A DNA stretch of 64,000 bases from assembly GCA_001938485.1 (NCBI GenBank), contig MQRK01245168.1, positions 15,050-79,049 on the forward strand, given 5' to 3'. Under the pieces are notes generated by a model. That model was not told where the DNA came from. It did no database searches and saw nothing but the letters and a program-made list of their open reading frames with translations. Below, one piece after another: positions 51,401 through 63,420 of the stretch (positions are counted from its first letter, which is position 1; each line of letters begins with the position of its first letter). The position numbers were made by a program, and so were the translations under genes. The stretch is from Girardia tigrina. Lineage: Eukaryota.

Positions 51401-54112
51401 TATATTCTTCTTCAATGTTATTCACGAATCTTCGATCATCTCCTGTTTTCCCTAATCATATATATTTGTTGATTGTATCTCGATCCTTGACAGTTTGGTT
51501 TCATTATTTCTTATTAAAAAATAAAAAAACAATGACAATTTTATAAAATTTTATCATTAATAAATTAATTTAAATTTAATAAATTAAATAAAAATTATAT
51601 ACAATACAATTTATATCATATATATTTAAAATAAAAATATTAATTTTTTCGATACATTTTAATTTTAACATTTAAAAATTTAAAAATTAATATATAAACT
51701 TAAACTGAATTAATTAAATAAAATTGATAAAAATTAATACAATTTATATGAAATAACAATATTTAAAAATTGTTAAATGTATTTTATTAGCTATTACAGT
51801 GTGATTCATAAGTCTGTTCACCCCTCATATATCGATTACTTATTTTCTAACTAAAAATTTGACGTCATATTAATTTTGAATATTTGTTTATATTAGGATG
51901 AACCAAAAGTCTTTTCGTATTTTTTATTCAAAATTTAAACATAATTTTACAACAAATAAAAAACATTTAAGTTTCAATGCAAAGGTCATTTGAATCTATC
52001 GCTTGAACCCATCTATGGGCAAGTTGTGCGATCCCGCTGCGGTACCAATCCTTGTTCTTAGAAGCGAAGAACTGGTTACACCCGTTTTCGACCTCGGCCA
52101 GATTATTGAAGCTGCGACCACGAAGAAAGTGTGCCATAGAGCGGAAAAGGTGATAGTTGGATGGCGCAAGATCTGAACTATAAGCTGGGTGTGGAAGAAG
52201 TTCAAAGGCGTCGAGATTTTTGATTTTTTCCTTTGTTTGTTTTGCAGTGTGCGGTTTTGCATTGTTCTGTTGTAGAAGAACTCGCTTTCGATTGATCAAA
52301 GCGGGGTATTTCTCGCCAAGTGCCGCATACATTCGATCAAGTTGGGCGCAGTAAAGGTCAGCGTCGATGGTACGACCATTTGGAACCAGCTCAAAGTGAA
52401 TCACGCCTTCGAAATTCCACCAAACACATAAAAGTGCCTTCCTTGAGAAACGATCTCGTGTCCCGGGTCCAACCATTGATTTTGTTAGTCTGGATTACTG
52501 AAGTAAACCCACTTCATCGCAAGTTACAATTCGACGGATGAAACGGTCATCGCGCGGATTTTCAAGCAATTTTTGACAAGTTTCGAAACGCTTTTCGGCT
52601 TGAATTTGTGTCAATTCATGAGGCACTTCTCAACATCGTCTATTGACCTTGCCAAGAGCGTGAAGGTGTCGTACAATGGATGTTTGAGGAATATCGAGTT
52701 CGGCCGACAATCTGCGAGTACGTATTGACGGATTTGTCTCGACGGCTTCACGAATTGCTCCGAATCTACGGTGATAGGTCGGCCTGAACGTGCATTGTCT
52801 CCGAGGTCAATGTCGCCTTCGTTGAACCTTTTGAACCAATTTTGTGCAGTACGATTTGAGACCACATTATCGCCTTCAACTTCGCATATCTTCTTTGTTG
52901 CTGCAGTTGCGTTTAAGCCCTGTTTCCAGTAATGGCGTAAAAGAACACGAATTTCAAAATTTTCCATAATTTTTCCAACGACTAATTAGAAGTTTTAATA
53001 TATATTGTGATAGAGCAGTTCAAGAACTTTAAGAACATATAACACATGTATATAAAATATCTTTATTTGGTAATAAGAAACAATTGAACAAAAAGACGTA
53101 GAAAATACGAAAAGACTTTTGGTTCACACTAATAATATTAATATTTAATTTTTTTTTCATTTTATAAATCAATTTTAAATTACGATAACATTTTAAAATA
53201 TTTAATCGTTTCGTTTAATTTTATTAATTTTTAAAAATCGCTACACATTTAAAAATTATACATTTTAATTAGTATGTTACATTTTAGACTGTTTCAAAAA
53301 TTCTTAATTCTTATCAGTTTAATTAGATTTTATTAATTTTAAAATTTCTTTTTCAAACTTTACATATTTCAATATATCTAAATTTTAATCTGTACATTTT
53401 ATTTTTAACCTTATTTAAAAAATTTTCCTAACATTTGTTAAAATTCCTAACAATGACTACCTCCTCTTTTATATCACCAAGAAATGTAAAAACCTTTGCA
53501 AAGAGATAATGAAAAAATAAATAATTAAAGATAATAAAGCGTATATAAATACAAAATTATTGACAAATAATAAATTAAAAAGGCAGCGGCACATATTAAA
53601 CGATATCTGGATATGGATGAGAATATGCTCCGATTGACAAATGAGGAAGAAGCGGGTCAGTTTGAATTTTGTTTACATTTCCATCTCAAAATACGAATAA
53701 TGTAGAAAATTCATTAAAAATTCTCCACAAATCAGAACAATCTCTTAAGTTAATTGTAGATGAGGGTTTTGATAAAGCCGTTCGAGAGAATGATTTTCCA
53801 AATATTGAAAGGTTCTTCAAAATATTTCCATTACTACGACAATCCCAGTTGGGTTTAGAGAAATTCGGACACTTTATTGCCAGAAAGGTAACACAAATGT
53901 GATATAGAAAAATTAATCCGATAAAAATCAAACTTAAATGAAGACATGATTGATTATTTAGATAAATACTGAAATGACCGGTCAGTTAAAGGTCGCTGAC
54001 GTTTCTGAACCTCAACAATATTTGGTTAAATTTGTCGATCTTGTGACCACTCTATTGGAAACTGTCGCTCAGATTCTGAAAGACCATCAAACTCGTATTG
54101 AAACCCATTATG
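45434..54112 (+). CDS. COG4: conserved oligomeric Golgi complex subunit 4, exons 1-7 (260 aa); further exons not found in window
   Basis: Exons 45434-45508, 45559-45641, 49729-49843, 49889-49990, 53583-53655, 53706-53887 and 53962-54112 are all GT-AG and phase-compatible. The product contains VSVKVRQLDLAKNRV...DILDLK.C..G...AL...NYE.AAAHI.RYL, ERFFKIFPLL and HQ..IETHYG, as in COG4. Confidence 0.95.
46355..46571 (-). mobile_element. Penelope-like element 3' end, inverted copy
   Basis: Reverse complement is highly similar to 48903-49120. Confidence 0.85.
46386..46443 (-). ncRNA. minimal type I hammerhead ribozyme (Penelope-associated)
   Basis: ATTGTT..GC-CTGAAGA-T-GGTGG AAAAT CCACC-GAAA-TATA-TT-GC GACAAT. 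Confidence 0.75.
47390..47705. repeat. long near-perfect inverted repeat (~115-bp arms)
   Basis: 47391-47508 is the reverse complement of ~47590-47705; it abuts an N gap. Confidence 0.85.
48448..48610. mobile_element. hAT-type MITE (163 bp)
   Basis: Perfect 8-bp TSD ATTTAATG; TIR CA(A/G)TGGTTTCCAACC. Confidence 0.92.
48657..48720. repeat. ~15-bp tandem repeat (TAGTCGAA.CGACC)
   Basis: Four to five units; a related motif abuts the inverted Penelope copy at ~46570-46592. Confidence 0.7.
48722..49120 (+). mobile_element. Penelope-like element 3' end with GIY-YIG C-terminal remnant
   Basis: ORF 48805-48999 reads NFKIL...N..ER..YEALLIK..NPSINVQ....LKIF, followed by a hammerhead motif and AATAAA. 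Confidence 0.8.
49030..49087 (+). ncRNA. minimal type I hammerhead ribozyme (Penelope-associated)
   Basis: CTGAAGA at 49047-49053, stem II AGTGG/CCACT, GAAA at 49070-49073, palindromic ATATAT stem III, stem I GC/GC plus ATTGTT/GACAAT. Confidence 0.75.
49729..49990 (+). CDS. COG4: COG4 exons 3-4 (45-bp intron 49844-49888)
   Basis: PNFELLD...VSVKVRQLDLAK|NRVHQCILRVEDILDLKAC. Confidence 0.95.
51893..53132 (-). mobile_element. full-length mariner (DD34D), defective, in COG4 intron 4
   Basis: TA-flanked TIRs TTAG..TGAACCAAAAGTCTTTTCGTATTTT. ORFs 52611-52967 and 51967-52476 have QNNAKPH and YSSDLAPSN, with frameshifts and a stop. Confidence 0.95.
53583..54112 (+). CDS. COG4: COG4 exons 5-7 (50-bp and 74-bp introns)
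   Basis: AAAHIKRYLDMD...|ENSLKIL...ERFFKIFPLL...|...HQTRIETHYG. Confidence 0.93.
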
Positions 54113-54144
54113 GTGAGTTTTAGATTGTGTAATTCCTTGTTATA

Positions 54145-55469
54145 TTAGATCATACCAGAAAGAATGAGACTTGAAATGTTCATATCCTTTTTAACGAGCA
54201 ATGTAAAAAACAACCCTGTGTAATACATTCATTCATAATCACCATTCTTCTTTATAGCATTAGAGAGGCATTGCATCAGTTTTCCCCATCTCAGATGACC
54301 ATCGATCAGTAGAAATATTTTTCAGTTCTGATGTAATGAATTGATGTAACTCATCTGCAGATTGAAAATTGGTTTTGTGTCGCTGATCTTCCAAGTAAGG
54401 GTGAATAAAGCGATCCAAGATGTTATAATCAGGGGAATATGGGGATTGGCGGAGCAAGGTAGCATTCTTGTTTGTGAGAAACATGGACGTCACTTTGGAA
54501 ACATGAGGCCTCGCGTTGTCTTACACGAAAATCATGTTTCTCCAGCTGAGTGGAAACACATGTCGACTAAACTTCTTCTCTATATTAACAAGAAAAGTGA
54601 CATAACGCTCGCTATTCATGCTTTCTCTCTCCTGCAGCAGTTCGCATTGATATTTTCCAGTGAAGAACACTGCGATGACAGACATGATTTTTCTGTCAAA
54701 CTGGCTACGCTTCACGACTTGAATGGGTTCCTTGTGATCACCATCAGGGGAGACCCAGCGAGGGTTGCTTCTTTTCTTGCCAACAGTTCTCATGTAAAAC
54801 CACTTCTCATCCACCATCACAATATGTTCATGTTGGTGTTTGCTTTTCAAAATTTTCAACCATTCCTGTGCAGCAGTGACACGATTAACCTTTTGATCAT
54901 TTGACAATGCATGAGGAACCCACTTACAGGCAACAGACCGAAAGCCCAAATGGTCACTCACAATACGCTGAATGGTTCCATTGCTGAGGGATGTCTCATC
55001 TTCAATTTCATCAATGGTCACTGCACCATTGGCGTTAATAATTCCAGAGACCAACAGAATGTTTTCAGGGGTTTTTTTGTTAATTTTCTCCCGCAGTTTT
55101 CCCCAGCAAAAGAAGTCTTGCCATTGTCAAATTCAGTTATCCACCGATACTCTGTAAATTCTCCAACACTGTCAGCACCATGAACAGAGATAATTTCCTG
55201 ATAAATTTCACTTCCCGTTATACCGAGTGAATAACGGGAGAAGGTATAGAAACGAAGATTTTTTCGATTTTCCGCCATCATACAGACAAATAAATCAACC
55301 AATATTCAAACAAGTATTCAATAAATATTTTCTGTCAATATTTTTTTAACTATTACATATTTTTACTCTTTATATGTTACTACATACTGCGCAAGTAATT
55401 TCCGCCTTTACAGATCACAAACATTAGAACAAATAGAACATCATTCTCACTCTTTCTGGTACGAACCAA
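54145..55469 (-). mobile_element. full-length mariner, defective, in COG4 intron 7
   Basis: TA|TTAGATCATACCAGAAAGA ... TCTTTCTGGTACGAACCAA|TA; motifs KWVPHAL, VMVDEKWF and PYSPDYNILD. Confidence 0.92.
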
Positions 55470-56625
55470 TATTTCGATAGTCTAATCAATTATTGCCATT
55501 TTTGGGAATATATTGTCAAACAGCCAATATGATTTAAAACAGAAAATTGTAATACTTTATATTTTTTTGAATAAGACACAGTTACAGTTAGGTCCATTTA
55601 TTAATATCAAAAATCCATTCGATAATAGAAAACCTGGATTTTATGTTGATTTTTTTGATTTTTGGAATTTAATTGAAGGTAAATATATTTTTTTTGATAT
55701 CTATTAATTTAAATACAATAAATAATAATTTTTTTTCAACATTTGTTAATTTAAATATAATAAATTTTAAAGCAAAATTGAAAGATATAATTTAATTTTC
55801 CATTCATTAATATTATGTATTCATTTGTTAATAAAAATCGATATTGAAATTATGGAAATAAACAATTTTAATACATTTTTTATTAATTTACTTGTTTCCA
55901 TTAAATTATTCAAATTATGATTCAGATTGATAATTATAAGATTAATGAAATTTTTTGAAATATTTTTTCACTGTCGAACTTTTTTTTAATTTAAATCGAA
56001 AATTCAATTTTTAAAAATATTTATTTATTTTTATTAATTTTTTAATAAAATTAATTTTATTTTTTATTTATGCAATTATTTAAAGAATTTTTTTTGAAAA
56101 AAATGATTGATTTTTGTATTTTAAATTTGATTAATTAAAATATTTTTATTAAAAATTTGATTAATTGAAAAATTTATGAAAAAACATACAAAATTTTACA
56201 TTGTTAAATGGACATTATATTAACAAATGGTCCTAATATTATGTGTGTGTATGTGTGTTAAGAGGTAGAAAACATTTTTTCATATATTTTCTATTCTCAA
56301 GTGGTCATTTTATTATCAAATGGACATTTGAGTAAGTATGTTTTTTAAATTAATATTTTGATTGGTTAAATTTTATTTTTCTTTCAATTTTAGACATGGA
56401 TTTATTATCAAATGGATTCATGATATAATTAAATGCACCTCACTGTATGAGATCTCCTTTTTCTAAACTGATATTATTGATTTTGCAAGTTTAATCAGAT
56501 CTTGAACATCATTTATGTTTGTCTGATTTGTTTATTTTATTACATTTTTATCAATATTGTCTCTCGTCTGTTTTTCTATTGGTGGCTATGATCACTTGTT
56601 ACCGTGAAACAATTTAATCAATTTA

Positions 56626-57896
56626 CAGGGTGCGGCAGCTATTTGAGAACACGTAATATAGACACCATATCTTTTTGTGTGTTATAATTACATAATTTTA
56701 TTTTTGCTGGTAGACATGGCAGAAGCTACTCTTACGAATGAAATGAAAAGGCATGCAGTTATTGTGTCATTAGCTGCAGGACACACCGATTCAGAAATTG
56801 CTACATTTTTGAAAGTCGCCCGGTCGTTTGTTTTTAAAGTTCGTACAGAATTAGAAGCTGCGAAGTGTGATGGGGCTGAAGCTTCGCAACGGAAACAAGT
56901 TTGTAGACGTTCGGACAGTATCAGAAATGCAGAATTTGTAAGCCGAGTCCAATCTGTCATCGATGAGAACCCTGNNNNNNNNNNNNNNNNNNNNNNNNNN
57001 NNNNNNNNNNNNNNNNNNNNNNNNNNNNNNNNNNNNNNNNNNNNNNNNNNNNNNNNNNNNNNNNNNNNNNNNNNNNNNNNNNNNNNNNNNNNNNNNNNNN
57101 NNNNNNNNNNNNNNNNNNNNNNNNNNNNNNNNNNNNNNNNNNNNNNNNNNNNNNNNNNNNNNNNNNNNNNNNNNNNNNNNNNNNNNNNNNNNNNNNNNNN
57201 NNNNNNNNNNNNNNNNNNNNNNNNNNNNNNNNNNNNNNNNNNNNNNNNNNNNNNNNNNNNNNNNNNNNNNNNNNNNNNNNNNNNNNNNNNNNNNNNNNNN
57301 NNNNNNNNNNNNNNNNNNNNNNNNNNNNNNNNNNNNNNNNNNNNNNNNNNNNNNNNNNNNNNNNNNNNNNNNNNNNNNNNNNNNNNNNNNNNNNNNNNNN
57401 NNNNNNNNNNNNNNNNNNNNNNNNNNNNNNNNNNNNNNNNNNNNNNNNNNNNNNNNNNNNNNNNNNNNNNNNNNNNNNNNNNNNNNNNNNNNNNNNNNNN
57501 NNNNNNNNNNNNNNNNNNNNNNNNNNNNNNNNNNNNNNNNNNNNNNNNNNNNNNNNNNNNNNNNNNNNNNNNNNNNNNNNNNNNNNNNNNNNNNNNNNNN
57601 NNNNNNNNNNNNNNNNNNNNNNNNNNNNNNNNNNNNNNNNNNNNNNNNNNNNNNNNNNNNNNNNNNNNNNNNNNNNNNNNNNNNNNNNNNNNNNNNNNNN
57701 NNNNNNNNNNNNNNNNNNNNNNNNNNNNNNNNNNNNNNNNNNNNNNNNNNNNNNNNNNNNNNNNNNNNNNNNNNNNNNNNNNNATGTACGTGTTAATATA
57801 TGTAAAATTTTAAATTGTAATAAATGTTATTTTTCTGTTGTATATTCATTTTTTGAACTTTATGTCATTTTGTTCTCAAATAGCTGCCGCACCCTG
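56626..57896 (+). mobile_element. Tc1/mariner superfamily element (maT/DD37D-like N-terminus), centre in an N gap
   Basis: TA-flanked 26-bp perfect TIR CAGGGTGCGGCAGCTATTTGAGAACA; transposase N-terminus MAEATLTNEMKRHAVIVSLAAG...IDENP. Confidence 0.9.
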
Positions 57897-58293
57897 TACC
57901 TAGCTTTTCATTACATCTTCTATTTTCTTGTTTAATAATTAATCAAAATCTATTTCTTGCGTTCGTGATTAAGATCAAGGTTCATGACTAAATTTTATTT
58001 TATAACAACTTTCATTATACAAACAAATTTTTGAGATACAATATTTTCAGTTTGCATAAACCGGATTTAAAAATTCTAAATCTACTTATAAATATCGATA
58101 TAGGTAATGTTATTTTATTAAGTTTTGTATAAATTATACATTGCTCTTTTTTACAATGTTTAAACTTAAATAGGATTTTAGATCTTTAAAAATATTGTAA
58201 TGGAAAATCTACTGTTAAAATTAAATTCCCAAATAATTTTTTATTCCTAATTTAAATTCTTAAAACATTCAATTATAAATTTTTTTTAATATA

Positions 58294-59594
58294 TTGGGTT
58301 GTATCATAAGTTTCCGCCGTTACATGAAACTATTTGTTCTACAAAGACTTTGATGTTTGGCGAAGTTTTATATACCATTAGAAAGCCCGTGCTATGCTCT
58401 ACAAGATTAAAGTAATCGTTTTTGTCTATATTATTTTTTTGTCTTTTTTTGGAACCCTCAAATGGATTGTCAAGTCGACAAAAAATCGCATTTTCGACAC
58501 CTCCTTCTTTTCGCCTTTAATCGAGGTCAAAAATCGAGTGAAGCTACCAGAGATATGTGTGTCGTGTATGGAGAGGACGCTATAGCTGAGAGAACTGCTC
58601 GGGATTGGTTTGCCAGGTTCAAACACGATAATTTCGACCTCAACGACGCTCCTCGTTCCCGAAGACCAGTCGAGATGGACGAGGACCAACTCGGGGATCT
58701 TTTGAAGGAAGATGGCCGCCAGACATGCAGAGAATTGGCCGAAAAGATGAATTGTGATTTTGCGACAATTTCACGCCATCTTCAGTCGATGGGTTTCACT
58801 CAAAAGCTTGGAGCTTGGGTCCCGCACGAACTCACCCAAAAACAGAAGGATAAGCGGCTTTACATTGCTGCTCAAAATCTCACTCGACACCAAGGAACTC
58901 ATGGCCACAGACAACGTTTCTTATACAGAATCGTCACTGAAGACGAGAAATGGTGTCTCTATGTGAATATGAAGCAAAGGAAAGAGTGGGTGAGTCCTGG
59001 AGAGAAGCCTAAGCCCAGGATCAAGAAAGACCTGCACCCGATGAAGACAATGATTTGCGTATGGTGGGATTGGGAAGGTCTAATCCACTGCGAAATGCTT
59101 GGAAAGAACTTGACAGTAGAAAATAATCTCTATAAAGCCCAATTGCATCGAGTCAATGAGGCAATTCAAATAAAAAGACCGGATCGACAAGGCCAGGTGA
59201 TCCTCCTCCATGACAATGCTCGACCACACACCGCAAAAACTGTCAAGATGGCACTCAAAGAGCTCGGTTGGGAGGTCTTTCAACATCCTCCCTATTCCCC
59301 AGACCTCGCCCCGATGGATTACCATCTCTTCCGCTGCCTTTAAAATGAAATGAGGGATCTTAGCTTCGAAAATCAGGATCATCTTGAGAATTGGCTCTAC
59401 AACTTCTTCGAGACTCGACCTAAGGATTTCTGGCGAAATGGAATCAACAAACTGGTGGAAAGATGGGAAGAAGTAGTGAACAATGAAAGAGAGTACATAA
59501 TTGATTAAAGTGTTATTATTTTTGCTGTTAAAATTTTATGATTTCTTTGAAAATAAATGTTTAAAAAACGACGGGAACTTATGCAACAACCCAA
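58294..59594 (+). mobile_element. full-length mariner (DD34D) with a single in-frame stop
   Basis: TA-flanked TIRs TTGGGTTGT..CATAAGTT.CCG.CGTT. Transposase 58462-59508 has WVPHEL, TEDEKW, HDNARPH and YSPDLAPMD, with one TAA at 59341. Confidence 0.96.
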
Positions 59595-60013
59595 TAAATT
59601 CCAGTTTAAAATTAATTTCAATAAAACATTTATTTTTATTATTATTTTTTTTAAAACTTAGTTTTATAAAAGTATTCTTTAATCTATTGTAAAATTAATG
59701 CCATCAAATATTTAGTCCATTTTAATTAACGGATATCATCAAATAGTATGATTTATAATATTAAATAGTATAACTAAAAATTTTTTAGTTTTAGTCATAC
59801 AATTTGATTATTCATACTATTTGATGTTTTCAAAAAAAATTATCTCCCGCTTGTAAATAGGGAGTCAATCCACCCGGAATTACAATCATTTCAATATTTC
59901 TTTTTCTACAATGTTCTTTAACTCTATTGGATATGTGAGCACGACACGAGTCCCATATTATCGTTTTTTTTGGATTCTGTATCAAAAAGCGGAAACATCA
60001 TATTTATCCAAGA

Positions 60014-60902
60014 TGGACGGAAACCGAGCCTCAACATTAAACTTAGAACCAGAGAACAGAGTTTCTAAATGATCACTATTCAGCCAATGTACTCCAAAAG
60101 GCTTAATTGAATTAGGAGGATAATTTGACACAATTTCATTTACTGGATTATTATTCATTTCAAAATTATACAGATGATATCAAGTCACTTTACTAATTCA
60201 AACAAACTCAAGAGAGAGCAAAACTTTTTATTATCTTTGATACAAATTCGAATTCGATTTTTTTTACTGTTCTACTTGATAACATCAAAAAATCGATCGA
60301 CATTTTTCTCCTTTTACCATTTTACTAATTGAACACGGAATTGATTTATTTGACACATTTTATTAATTTCACAACAATTAACCATTTATTTATTTTTTGT
60401 ACATAATACTTGTGCTTAAAATTCTTGTTACAAAAAACACACAAACATGCAATTACTCCAATCACATTCACACATATTAATTATATTCAAACACACACGC
60501 AATCACAATTAACATTTTCTTTAAATTTTATCAACACACACACATTTAGACAATTTCATTTTACATTACATAATTCATTTCCCATTGGTTCATTCCAATC
60601 TCAACAATCCACACAATTTAAATTTTCGATTGAGAACAATTCAATCTAATAATAATTTAGAATTATATTTTCACCAAATAATCGAAAGAGACAAATCATT
60701 ATTTTAATTTATTCAGTTATTTTAATTTATTTAAATTTCTTTATTTAATTTTTTATTTAATTATCTAACTTTGTTTATTTTATATTACTTTTAATTATTT
60801 GATTTAATTATTTTTATTAATTATATTTTTAATTTAATTTATTTACATATTTTTCCTAAAATTTTGGCAAAATGTTCGGTCAATAAACAATTTTAAGCTC
60901 CA
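60014..60902 (-). mobile_element. TGGA...TCCA element, diverged copy 3
   Basis: Ends TGGACGGAAACCGAGCCTCAACA and TGGCAAAATGTTCGGTCAA...GCTCCA align with copy 1, with the same CA-rich and AT-rich internal order; no TSD. Confidence 0.65.
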
Positions 60903-61070
60903 ATTTCTCCGCCACTTCACCGAACATTGTGCATTCCATTTCTTCCAAGATAATATTCTCACTAACCATTAACAAAACTATAACCATTTTTCACCTCTCT
61001 CTCTTTAATATTAAAGTTGTCTATTGATAGAAGTTAGTTGATGTAAGCAGTGTTGCCGTTTAGTTACAAC

Positions 61071-61246
61071 TAGGGAATTCAATACCGGTCGTTTTTACAA
61101 TTCCGGGATCCCGTAAAATTTTTTCCTCTAATCCCGGGATCCCGCTATCCTGGACTTTCGGGATATATATATATATATANNNNNNNNNNNNNNNNNNNNN
61201 NNNNNNNNNNNNNNNNNNNNNNNNNNNNNCGCTATCCTGGACTTTC

Positions 61247-61295
<49 letters not shown>

Positions 61296-62494
61296 TAAAA
61301 TAATGTTGAATGAAAATGCAGAGAAAATATCGAAAATGAAATCGGAAATGTATATAAAATTTATAATAAGAAAATTATATAAAGAAAAACTTTATTCCAC
61401 AAATTATATATTTAATACAACTTAATTAAATTGAATACAGTTATTAACAACATCACAATTTGAATGCAAACATTTATTTACAACACAAACAGATTCTTCA
61501 CAACAATTTTCAGTGGTCATCTTTCTTTGATTAATATAGTTTTTGATTAAATATTTANNNNNNNNNNNNNNNNNNNNNNNNNNNNNNNNNNNNNNNNNNN
61601 NNNNNNNNNNNNNNNNNNNNNNNNNNNNNNNNNNNNNNNNNNNNNNNNNNNNNNNNNNNNNNNNNNNNNNNNNNNNNNNNNNNNNNNNNNNNNNNNNNNN
61701 NNNNNNNNNNNNNNNNNNNNNNNNNNNNNNNNNNNNNNNNNNNNNNNNNNNNNNNNNNNNNATTTCATTAGATTCAAATAATCAATCAATAAACATATCA
61801 ATCCCATCTGAGTAGGAGAGTCACAAATCTAAACAGCATAAAAACAACAAACTTACAACATTCACAATTATCCCTCACAACAGTCATCCACATTTTGAAA
61901 ATAAAATTACAATAAGGTGAATTTACTAAGAGTTTCATCACAAATTTTGGAGCGAAGCTTTGTCATCAAAAGACCACTAGCAGAGAAAGCTGTAGGTGGA
62001 ATGGTCATAGAGACTTTAGAGTTTCCAGTATTTTCCCACGGTGACCAGTCGATTGATGAAAAGCCATTTCTCTATTAATAGCGACTATCACATTGTCATC
62101 AGCTGGAGAATTCGATAAATGATGACCTTTTTCAGCACATCCGTCGGTCTTTCAGTGATAGTGAGTTCCTTTGGAGGTACTTTATCCGCAATGCTAATTT
62201 CCATAAAATAAAATAAAAGCAACTGTATTTTAAAGAACAAAAATTGTATTTCATTTTCGTAAATTGTATTTCAAAAAATAAAAGCAATTGTATTTTAAAG
62301 AATTAAAATTGTATTTCATTTTAAAATTATGATTCACTGTATTACACTGTAGAAAACGTAAAAATTCAATGGTAAGAGATATTTCACAGTTTAAAATGTT
62401 TTTTTAAAAACTCCTAAACACATAAAAAGTACATAAATGTTAAAAAAACAAAGAAAAAGAAATTCATAACTGAATCCCGGGATTCCGATAGTCT
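61071..62494. mobile_element. putative hAT-like non-autonomous element with CCCGGGA subterminal repeats and (TA)n
   Basis: TAGGGA start; clustered TCCCGGGATCCCG motifs near both ends; contains N gaps. Confidence 0.45.
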
Positions 62495-63384
62495 AATCCT
62501 TTCCTTGATCAATAAGAAGTGAGTGATTTTCACGCATAATACTAACTCAGCGCACTCAATTCTAAAGGATATCCTTCTGCAAATTTTCTATTACAGATTA
62601 ATAATGGAAAACACAACCAATATTCAAAACCTAGATATATAGAGGTGTTCTAGCAAAAAGTGTCGCGTTTATCAAAGCATTTTTCCTGTCAGGTCTTGGT
62701 TAAGGTTAGCTATAATAGTACCTAGAATGACATAAAATTAAATGTATTCTTCTTTGAGTTAATTTCGAAGTAATATGCAGCACATAATCCCATGTTATAT
62801 TATTTGTTAAATTACGACACCTTCCGGAATTTGACCGTCATAACAAGATAATGTTACTACATTTTTAATTGACATAATTATATATTTAAAGCCCAGAGTT
62901 TCATCTGCGTAACGCTTAAAGTTTGCTGTGATCAAATTTTTTTCTTGCTTTTGTATGGCTTATTTTTTTAATTTTTCATCAATGCATAATAACTCCGGCT
63001 AATATGAAATTACAAGCCAAAAATAAGCAGCGTCTGCGGAACTGCTATATATGAATAATATGAATAATATATATATGAATATATATGAATAATATGATTG
63101 AACGATTGCAGACTTTTAAAATAGAATCTAACACGTGCATATAAATTATATTTATTTTAGAATGACATAAAATATCCGAAAGAACGTTTGGTTCACCCTA
63201 ATGATTTATATGAATTATTCAAAATTATGAGCCAATTATTTTTTTGTCAAATATTTAAGAATTAAAATATAAATATCGACCAACTGTTAAATCAACACCG
63301 AATTTGAAACAATAAATAATAAATTATAATTATGATTTTAAAATTAAAACCGAAACTTTCAAAGAAGAAAATTTAGCTCTTCTT

Positions 63385-63412
63385 CCGTCATATATGACGG
63401 GTCTTTTTCTAG
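63385..63412 (+). mobile_element. Helitron-like 3' terminus
   Basis: Hairpin CCGTCATATATGACGG followed by CTAG|T; same family as 28138. Confidence 0.6.
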
Positions 63413-63420
63413 TATATGTA

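Noticed and set aside
54362-54904. 180-aa + strand ORF and similar antisense ORFs over TEs; X-filled ORFs over N gaps
   Set aside because: These are shadows of transposase or host frames, or gap artefacts.
18270-59508. Alternative genetic code suggested by in-frame TAA/TAG/TGA in transposases
   Set aside because: The stops replace different residues (W, Q, L) in dead TEs, while host genes are open in the standard code and end in TAA or TGA.
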